From positions 1 through 15,102 of the forward strand of contig JBBQRQ010000116.1 in NCBI GenBank assembly GCA_038214755.1: a stretch of DNA of 15,102 nucleotides. Reading direction: 5' to 3'. The position numbers were made by a program, and so were the translations under genes. This stretch comes from Verrucomicrobiota bacterium (GTDB taxonomy: Bacteria; Verrucomicrobiota; Verrucomicrobiia; Limisphaerales; CANJXF01). The notes beneath the pieces are model-generated. The model was not told the DNA's origin. It saw only the letters and a program-made list of their open reading frames with translations, and made no database searches. Below, piece by piece: positions 8,454 through 15,102 of the stretch (its first letter is position 1; each line of letters begins with the position of its first letter).

Positions 8454-9545
8454 ATGCAATCGTCACAGCGAATTCGTTCTGCGCGGACTGCTGTGTTTTG
8501 CTTCGCGGTGACTTGCGCGGCAATGACAGCCCAAGCATTCACCGCCGCAGATGCAGACATACTGCTTGATGCTCACACCAAGGCCTTTTACCGGGAGAAG
8601 GATGGGCGGGCCTGGTTCAAAGAAAGCACGGAGGGTGAAAAGAAAGTTTCTTATTGGATGCGCGCGGAACAAATGGAGATGGTGCTGGACGCTTACGAAC
8701 GGACCACCCATGCACAGCAGCTCGTGATGTTCACCAACCTGTTTCGCGGATTCCTTGCCGACCACGGTACGAACTGGTTCCACAACCCGTTCAACGATGA
8801 CATCATGTGGATGGTCATCGCCTGCACCAGGGCGCATCTACTGACGGGCAATGCTGAGTTCCGCGACGTGGCGCGGACAAACTTCGACCTCTGTTTCGCG
8901 CGGGCGGCGTCCACGAATCTAGGGGGTGGCATCTGGTGGAAGACCAACAACCAGTCGAAGAATGCCTGCGTGAACGGGCCGGGGTCTATCGCGGCTTTTC
9001 TGCTGGGGAAGGCGACGGGCGAAGACGCCTACTTCATCAAGGCCACCAACATGTTTCTTTGGGAACGCGCGACGTTGTTTGATCCGATGACGGGGCGGGT
9101 TTCTGACAATATTAGCGACAACGGCCGGGTGGCTCGCTTTGCGTTGACCTATAACCAGGGCACGTTCGTTGGTGCGGCCAATCTGCTGGGTTATACGAAC
9201 GAAGCCCGCTTGGCCGCGACCTTCACCATGAATGAACTATGTAAAGACGGGTATTTGCCCGCTGCCGGAGAGAAAGGCGACGGTGGCGGTTTCAATGGAA
9301 TTGGTGTGCGGTGGATTGCGCGGTTCATGAACCAGCGCGGTTTGCAAGCCACCTTTGAGCCGTGGTTGCAAAAGAACGCCGAATCCGCATGGCAAGCCCG
9401 GCGCTCCTCGGACAATCTTTCCTGGTGCCGCTGGCCACAGCCAACGCCGGACGGGCTGAGATACTCCTGGGGTTGCAGCAGTGCGGTGGTGATCCTGCAG
9501 GTGGTCCGCCCGACGGAGACGGTCAAACCGGAAAACTCAAAATAA
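8454..9545 (+). CDS. Glycoside hydrolase family 76 (alpha-1,6-mannanase-like)
   Basis: Catalytic Asp-Asp motif FNDDIMW, plus GGGIWW, KNACVNGP, LTYNQGTFVGA and GDGGGFNGIGVRW. Signal peptide ends ...TAQA. The start could instead be GTG 8421. Confidence 0.88.
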   Translation: MQSSQRIRSARTAVFCFAVTCAAMTAQAFTAADADILLDAHTKAFYREKDGRAWFKESTEGEKKVSYWMRAEQMEMVLDAYERTTHAQQLVMFTNLFRGFLADHGTNWFHNPFNDDIMWMVIACTRAHLLTGNAEFRDVARTNFDLCFARAASTNLGGGIWWKTNNQSKNACVNGPGSIAAFLLGKATGEDAYFIKATNMFLWERATLFDPMTGRVSDNISDNGRVARFALTYNQGTFVGAANLLGYTNEARLAATFTMNELCKDGYLPAAGEKGDGGGFNGIGVRWIARFMNQRGLQATFEPWLQKNAESAWQARRSSDNLSWCRWPQPTPDGLRYSWGCSSAVVILQVVRPTETVKPENSK

Positions 9546-9575
9546 ATCGACCGTCATGGACAGCGGCCGTTTTCA

Positions 9576-11762
9576 ATGGCAAAATATCCCGTGATCCGAA
9601 GAATTCCAACGTTGCTCTGGATGATTTGTCTCTGCGCTTCGATGTTGACTGGAAACGGCGCCACGCAAACCAATCATACCAAGCCCGAGCTTTGGTGGTC
9701 GTTGAAACCTGTCGTGCGACCCGCGTTGCCGGATGGTGACGAATCCAACCCGATTGATCGTTTCATTAATGCGGAACTCAGGAATCGCGGGCTCAAAGCA
9801 GTTGGCGCCGCGGATAAATTATCTTTGCTGCGACGCGTCTATCTGGACCTGATTGGCATTCCACCTTCGCCGGCGGAGCAGGCAGCGTTTTTGGCGGACA
9901 ATTCGGCGGATGCATACGAGAAGGTGGTGGATCAACTTCTGGCGAATGAACAGCATGCGGTTCGTTATGCGCGGCATTGGCTGGACGTGTTGCGATATGC
10001 GGACGCGGACGAACGGATGACGGCCGCACCGGGAATTCATTTGTGGCGTGATTGGGTGATCAACGCTCTGCACGACGACGTGCCTTATGATCAGTTCGTG
10101 CAAATCCAACTCACGGGACGCCGCGCGAACGAGCGCACGCAAATGTCGGCCACGGGTTATCGTTCGCGCAAAGAGCCACGACCCGGAGATGAGTTTGCCC
10201 TCGGTTTTCTGGCGCGGGGCACGGGCGAAAATCCGCAAGACCTCGCGATCTCCGCCGTGGACACAGTTTCAACCGCGTTCATGGGCATGACGGTTGGTTG
10301 TGCGAAATGTCACGACCACATGTATGACCCGATTTCGCAGACGAATTATTACGCGATGAAGGCCCTGTTCGATCCGCTGGTCCTGCGCAAAGTCACGCTG
10401 GCGAGCGCCGCGGAATTGATCGCGAGCGGGAAAGCACTGGCGGAAGCGGCGAAGAAACGCGCGCCCCTGGAAAAGGCGGTCAACGATTTTGCCGCGCCTT
10501 ACAAAGCGAAACTTTACGAAGAGCGTGTGTTGATGCTGCCCCCTGAGGCTCAGGCGGTCATTCGCAAACCGGAAAAGCAGCGGACGGTCGAGGAACAAAA
10601 AATCGCGGACGATTATTTTCCCATTCTGCGCATTGACGGCGACAAGCTCACCGAAGCGATGCCGGAGGAGGCGCGCCAGAAATACCAGGAATTGCAACGA
10701 AAGTTGAACGCGGAAAGTCCGGGAGACAATGGCCGCCGCGGGCCGCCGTTGCCGGTGTTTTACGCCGTGGAAGTGGATCGTCTGCGCGAGCAGGAGAAGA
10801 GTTACATTCTCACGAGTGGCGATCCGTTGCGCCCCGAAAAGGAGCATGAAGTAAAACCCGGCTGGCCCTTCGCGGCTGCGGAGCCGGATTTTCGAGAGGG
10901 GCGCATTGAAGCGTTTGCGGACTGGCTGACGGCCCCGGAAAACCCGCTGTTCGCGCGTGTGGCGGTGAATCGCTTGTGGCAATGGCATTTCGGCGAAGGC
11001 TTGTTGAAGAGCGTGAGTGATTTCGGCAAATTTGGCGGCAAGCCGTCGCATCCAGCCCTGCTGGATTGGCTCGCTTCGGAGTTTGTGCGGCGCGAGTTCA
11101 GCATGAAGCAGATGCACCGGCTGATGGTGACGTCCGACACTTACCAACGTGCGTCGGAAGCGGGCGGCGAATTTGCGGAGAGTCAAAAGATCGATCCGGG
11201 CGACACAGTGCTCTGGCATTTTCGATTGCAACGTTTGTAAGGGGAGCCGATCTGGGATGCGATGCATGCCGCGGCCGGCAACCTGGATTTGAAAGTGGGC
11301 GGACCCTCCTTCAACACGCATGATGGTGGCGATGGTAATGGTCGCCGCAGTGAATCCGCCATCCATGGCAGCGCGAACGCGACACGGCGCGCCGCCTACA
11401 TGGTGCGCGGGTATTCCTCCAGCCGCGAGGTCACGCCGAATTTCCTGCAGGCGTTTGATGTGGATGATGGGCGCGCGCCGTGTCCCCTGCGCACGCAAAC
11501 AGTGACGGCTCCGCAGGCGCTGTTTTTGATGAACAGCCCCGACGTCGATAAAGCGTGCGCGGAATTGGCTGCTCGTGTGGAAAAAGAAACGAAGGGTGAT
11601 TTGCCATCGGCGGTGGACCTCGCTTATCGGCTTGCCCTCTCACGCCCGCCTTCCAGCAATGAAAAGAAAAACGCCCTCAGCTATCTTGGAAATGACGCCT
11701 CGCGGCTGAAGCAGCTTTCGTGGCTGCTGGTTAACCTGGACGAATTTGTTTATGCCAAATAG
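9576..11762 (+). pseudogene. DUF1549/DUF1553 (PSCyt2/PSD1) domain protein interrupted by one in-frame stop at 11238-11240
   Basis: Motifs NPIDRFI, LLRRVYLDLIGIPP, ARHWLDVLRYAD, CAKCHDH, NPLFARVAVNRLWQWHFG and PSHPALLDWLA. It then reads QRL*GEPIWDAMHAAAG and continues in the same frame through PQALFLMN to the stop at 11762. Confidence 0.85.
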
Positions 11763-13155
11763 CGCGGGATCTTCAGAAATATATCCGTGCGGGCGCCTGG
11801 CGCGGCGCGATTTCATCCATCAGATCGGCGGCGGATTTTTGGGGCTTGCGCTCGGCGGGCTTTGGGCGGAAGCGGGCGAAATCAAGGACGTTGTCATCGG
11901 CCCGCACCACGCCGCGAAAGCCAAGTCCGTCATTTTTCTCTTCATGTGCGGCGGGGTCAGTCACATCGACACCTTCGATCCCAAAGACAACAAGTGGGCC
12001 GGCAAATTTATCGATGCGATTGGGTTTGGCGACAATCTCGCCGCCATGAAACGTCCGGTGATTCCGTGCCTGCGCACCTTCACTAACTACGGGAAATCGG
12101 GCATTCCAGTTTCGGATTGGTTTCCGCATGTTGGCGGCGTGATCGACGAAATTGCGGTGGTCCGTTCGATGTGGTGCCACGAGGGGAATCATTTTCCAGC
12201 GGTCATCGAAACCCAAACGGGCCATCGCGGGCGGGCCTTTGATCATCCGACTTTTGGAAGCTGGGTTTCGTATGCCTTGGGCAGTGGCAACAAAAATTTG
12301 CCGACATTTGTGAATCTGGGACGGCCCTCCTCGCCGGTGCAATTGACCGGTGGTTACCTCGGAGCGTCCGTGGCCGCGACTCCATTCCAAGCGGGTGAAA
12401 CGCCGATCCCGAATCTCTACCCGCCCAAAGGCGGATCGAGCTCTGAACGCGACCGGCAAATGCAATTGCTGCAAACGATGAATCAGGAATTTCGCGAACG
12501 TTACGCGATCAATTCGGACATCCAGGCGCGGGCCAAGGCTTACGAACTGGCCGCACGCATGCAGCTTTCCGCGCCCGAAGCGGTGGATTTGTCGAGTGAG
12601 CCCGAGCACGTGAAAGCCTTGTACGGCATCGACGAAAAAGAGACGGAGGAATTCGGCAAACAACTATTACTGGCGCGGCGGCTGGCCGAAAAGGGAGTTC
12701 GTTTCATCCAGATTTGTCACGCGGGCGGCGGCAACGGCGCGTGGGATTCACATGGCGACATGAAAACGCACGGGCCGCTTTGCCGCGCAACGGACAAGCC
12801 GATTGCAGGGTTGATCAAGGATTTGAAACAGCGCGGGATGCAGGATGAAACGCTGGTGGTCTGGACGAGCGAATTCGGGCGCACGCCGTGGTCCCAGAAC
12901 ACCACCGGCCGCGATCATAATCCCAAGGGTTATACCGCGTGGATGGCTGGCGGAGGCATCAAAGGCGGCATCGTTCACGGCGGCACAGATGAGGTTGGCT
13001 ACAAGGCCGTGGATTCACCGCATTACTACAGCGACCTGCACGCCACGATCCTTCGTCAACTCGGTCTCAACCATAAAAAGATGGAAGTGCAAGCCCTCGG
13101 GCGGACGATGCGACTTGTCGAAGAAGGTGGCCCGATCAAAGAAATCATCGCCTGA
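11752..13155 (+). CDS. DUF1501 domain protein (PVC sulfatase-like fold), Tat-like leader
   Basis: RRDFIH leader, AKSVIFLFMCGGVSHIDTFDPK, LLARRLAEKGVRFIQI, WDSH, SEFGRTP and GRDHNP. It overlaps the end of the DUF1553 gene, the usual pairing. Confidence 0.92.
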   Translation: MPNSAGSSEIYPCGRLARRDFIHQIGGGFLGLALGGLWAEAGEIKDVVIGPHHAAKAKSVIFLFMCGGVSHIDTFDPKDNKWAGKFIDAIGFGDNLAAMKRPVIPCLRTFTNYGKSGIPVSDWFPHVGGVIDEIAVVRSMWCHEGNHFPAVIETQTGHRGRAFDHPTFGSWVSYALGSGNKNLPTFVNLGRPSSPVQLTGGYLGASVAATPFQAGETPIPNLYPPKGGSSSERDRQMQLLQTMNQEFRERYAINSDIQARAKAYELAARMQLSAPEAVDLSSEPEHVKALYGIDEKETEEFGKQLLLARRLAEKGVRFIQICHAGGGNGAWDSHGDMKTHGPLCRATDKPIAGLIKDLKQRGMQDETLVVWTSEFGRTPWSQNTTGRDHNPKGYTAWMAGGGIKGGIVHGGTDEVGYKAVDSPHYYSDLHATILRQLGLNHKKMEVQALGRTMRLVEEGGPIKEIIA

Positions 13156-13356
13156 TTGAAGCGGGCCTTGAGAAGCCCATTTACACGATAGGCCGGTCAA
13201 GTCTTGCGATGGGTTTTCGTGTAGCGGATTCAACGCGAAGCCAAATTTCTGCCTGGAAATTCCGGTTGTTCCCCTCATCCATCACGCATCCCAGCGCAGG
13301 CTTCAGGGCACCAGGCAGACGACTCATAACTTATGCCTGATTTACGCAGGAGTGGT

Positions 13357-14229
13357 TCAATAATACCTCTTCGACGTGCGCCCACCGCGATAGCTCATCC
13401 AAGTGATGTCCTTGTCTCCTGGTGCTACCACTGTAGCCGTCACATTGTTAAGACTGGTATCCACTCTTTTAGCCGCAGCTGTGGAGAGAGAGGCGACCCA
13501 CCTGTGGATTTCAGAATGACCATCGGCAAAGGCGACTCCTGCCGCTCCGTTATGGTAGCTGGCCGGCTGATCAACCCACGCGGGTCCCTTAGGGTTGAAA
13601 AACCCTGCATCATTGATGCTGCACGGATGCTCATCCAAAAAGACCCACGTCTCAGTGGGACCTTGAAAAACAAACTCAGAAGTTTTTTTGACGTGCTTGT
13701 AAATAGGGTCCCACGGGCCGGTTTCCGCATTGCCTTCGCCGACGCCAATATTGCCAGAAATGCTTCGGACGCGCGCAGTCCAACCTACCCTTTTTTGGTC
13801 CGGGCTCACGTAAATATCGGCTGGGCACTTGAAAACGTTTTTGTTTTTCCCCAAATATTTTCCCAGCTTCGCATATTTGTCGTCGATCAGGAAAAGAATG
13901 TTGGTGTTGTCACCGGAAGTAGTCCAATCAAGCCAACCAACCACCCACGGGGCCGCGTTCGGGCTTCGGGTAATAATGGCCCCATTCCTGGCATCACCAC
14001 CGTGATAACTCTGGACGATGCGGTCGTTATTATCCCCATTGTACATTTGCCACGCGAGCATGACCTGCTTGGTGTTGTTCATGCACATCACGCCTTGCGC
14101 CTTGGTTTTTGCCTTGCTCAAGGCCGGCAGCAGCAGCCCTGCGAGGATGGCGATGATGGCGATGACGACGAGGAGTTCGATGAGGGTAAAGGCGGATTTA
14201 CGGTTTCGCATGTCAGACTGGTTTTTCAT
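13357..14229 (-). CDS. Prepilin-type N-terminal cleavage/methylation protein with H-X9-DG motif (DUF1559-like PVC family)
   Basis: [42 protein letters not shown], and the H-X9-DG motif in [15 protein letters not shown]. The start is uncertain: in-frame ATGs at 14211, 14229, 14301 and 14337. Confidence 0.92.
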   Translation of the reverse strand: MKNQSDMRNRKSAFTLIELLVVIAIIAILAGLLLPALSKAKTKAQGVMCMNNTKQVMLAWQMYNGDNNDRIVQSYHGGDARNGAIITRSPNAAPWVVGWLDWTTSGDNTNILFLIDDKYAKLGKYLGKNKNVFKCPADIYVSPDQKRVGWTARVRSISGNIGVGEGNAETGPWDPIYKHVKKTSEFVFQGPTETWVFLDEHPCSINDAGFFNPKGPAWVDQPASYHNGAAGVAFADGHSEIHRWVASLSTAAAKRVDTSLNNVTATVVAPGDKDITWMSYRGGRTSKRYY

Positions 14230-14487
14230 AGCCTCCAGCCCTGGCCGTCGCGCTTTCACATCAAAGAATCCGAGACTCTGAGCCGACAGGTGGGGTTTCA
14301 TGGCCGTATGGTAAGCCTCCTTCTCTTCCCCGTCCATTTATTTTTCAGCTATCCGAACTTTTTTTACAAACTTGCCGAGGCTGTCGAGGCGAGGTCTGCA
14401 GCCCTGATGCTATTTTTTTGGAGTGCGTTCGGCCAGCCAGTTTACGTCTGGGTTATTGGGACCTGCGTTGGGACTGGATGCCGAATA

Positions 14488-14511
14488 TATAAAGGGGTCA
14501 GTCCGTAGTAT
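14488..14511 (+). repeat. 24-bp inverted repeat (left end of element)
   Basis: tataaaggggtcagtccgtagtat is a 23/24 inverted match to 215-238 and ends 35 bp before the transposase ATG. Confidence 0.93.
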
Positions 14512-14539
14512 AGACACAACTTTGGACGTCCGATAGAAA
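14511..14539 (+). promoter_or_regulatory. Candidate sigma70-type promoter for a leaderless transposase transcript
   Basis: TAGACA (14511-14516), a 17-bp spacer and TAGAAA (14534-14539), with ATG 7 bp further on and no Shine-Dalgarno. The spacer contains the palindrome ggacgtcc. Confidence 0.3.
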
Positions 14540-14546
14540 TCTTTTC

Positions 14547-15102
14547 ATGCCCCGCGCGTTGCGCATCGAATATCCCGGCGCAATCTATCATGTGATGAAC
14601 CGGGGCGACCGCCGCGAGCCGATCTTCCGCGATGACAGCGATCAAAAGCGATTCCTTCTCACTCTGGGCGAGGCTTGCGCCAAGACGGATTGGCAGGTCC
14701 ACGCCTATTGCCTCATGCAAAATCATTTTCATCTCATCGTCGAGACGCCCAATGCCAATCTGGGATCGGTTGCTGGGCGAATTGGGTATTCCTCAAGACA
14801 GCGCGGCTGGCCGAGAGCAATTGGAGCAATCCGTGGAAACGCGGCGACTCCAGGAGGACGGTGATGAATTTAAAAGTATTCGGCGCGGCTGGTGTTTGGG
14901 TGATGAAACGTTTCGCAAGGAACTATTGGAGAGCGTTCACAATCGCGCCACGGAAAGTCACCATGCCAATACCCGCCGTGAAACCACCGATGAAAAAGGC
15001 AGTCGCATTTTGAGAGAAGAACTGGACAAGCTGGGTTGGGCGGTGGCAGAGTTGGCGGCGCGGTCGAAGGGTGACACAAGAAAGATTCGGATAGCGCAAC
15101 GG
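14547..15102 (+). pseudogene. RAYT-like / IS200-superfamily Y1 HUH transposase, internally deleted and frameshifted
   Basis: Reads MPRALRIEYPGAIYHVMNRGDRREPIF...HAYCLMQNHFHLIVETPNANL (HUH = HFH) to 14762. It resumes in the +1 frame at 14764 with DRLLGELGIPQDSAAGREQLE...IRRGWCLGDETFRKELLE... No YxxxNP catalytic-Tyr motif is present in either part. Confidence 0.85.
15030..15102 (+). repeat. 73-bp exact direct repeat, copy 2 (identical to 1-73)
   Basis: Base-for-base identity with positions 1-73. Confidence 0.98.

Larger units (their letters stand above)
14488..15102 (+). mobile_element. Left part of a RAYT-like (Y1 HUH transposase) element, probably non-autonomous
   Basis: Inverted repeat followed by a Y1_Tnp-type gene that runs off the window end into the 73-bp terminal repeat. 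Confidence 0.8.

Noticed and set aside
11238..11240. Stop-codon reassignment or selenocysteine/pyrrolysine read-through
   Set aside because: The codon is TAA rather than TGA or TAG, and TAA terminates several other genes in the window normally.
10269..12663. Long minus-strand ORFs (10269-11498, 409 aa; 11773-12663, 296 aa)
   Set aside because: Antisense shadows of the DUF1553 and DUF1501 genes, as expected in GC-rich coding DNA.
13156..13356. Short inverted repeats in the convergent intergenic region (tacacga/tcgtgta, aatttc/gaaatt, ctgcctgg/ccaggcag) as REPs, a terminator or an ncRNA
   Set aside because: Stems are only 6-8 bp, single-copy, lack a U-tract and resemble no RNA family I can recognise.
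13333..14508. 391-aa plus-strand ORF
   Set aside because: Antisense shadow of the clearly recognisable prepilin/H-X9-DG gene, with no protein-like motifs of its own.
14547..14864. 105-aa ORF as a complete small IS200-type TnpA
   Set aside because: Family similarity stops at NANL (14762). The remaining residues are out-of-frame read-through and there is no catalytic Tyr motif.
1..15102. Plasmid or phage genome implied by the circular overlap
   Set aside because: No replication initiator, partition, structural or conjugation genes, and the content is chromosomal-type metabolic cargo.
1..15102. CRISPR array, tRNA/rRNA, multi-copy REP array or TnpB gene
   Set aside because: None seen on reading both strands. 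The only clear repeats are the 73-bp terminal repeat and the 24-bp IR pair.

Overview
The 15.1-kb window looks like PVC-superphylum DNA, most likely Verrucomicrobiota, inferred from the DUF1549/DUF1553 + DUF1501 pair, an H-X9-DG prepilin-like gene and a heme-c/sugar-dehydrogenase fusion. About 14.2 kb of cargo encodes mostly exported carbohydrate and redox proteins: a PQQ-type beta-propeller, a Tat-exported Gfo/Idh/MocA oxidoreductase, a heme-c + GSDH-type dehydrogenase, aldose 1-epimerase, a serine hydrolase, SMP-30/gluconolactonase, GH76, DUF1549/1553 (broken by one in-frame TAA), DUF1501 and a prepilin-like protein. The ends are the most unusual part. Bases 1-73 are identical to 15030-15102 and lie inside a RAYT-like HUH (Y1) transposase gene, whose 5' part is at the right end and 3' part at the left end. 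Joined, this gives a 780-bp element bounded by 24-bp inverted repeats (14488-14511 and 215-238, 23/24 match, TATA at the outer ends). Its transposase appears to have an internal out-of-frame deletion that removes the catalytic-Tyr region. The window is therefore either a 15,029-bp circle or cargo bracketed by two direct copies of the element, and an assembly artefact cannot be excluded. A degraded remnant resembling a PAS-AraC regulator lies at about 3070-3295 on the minus strand.
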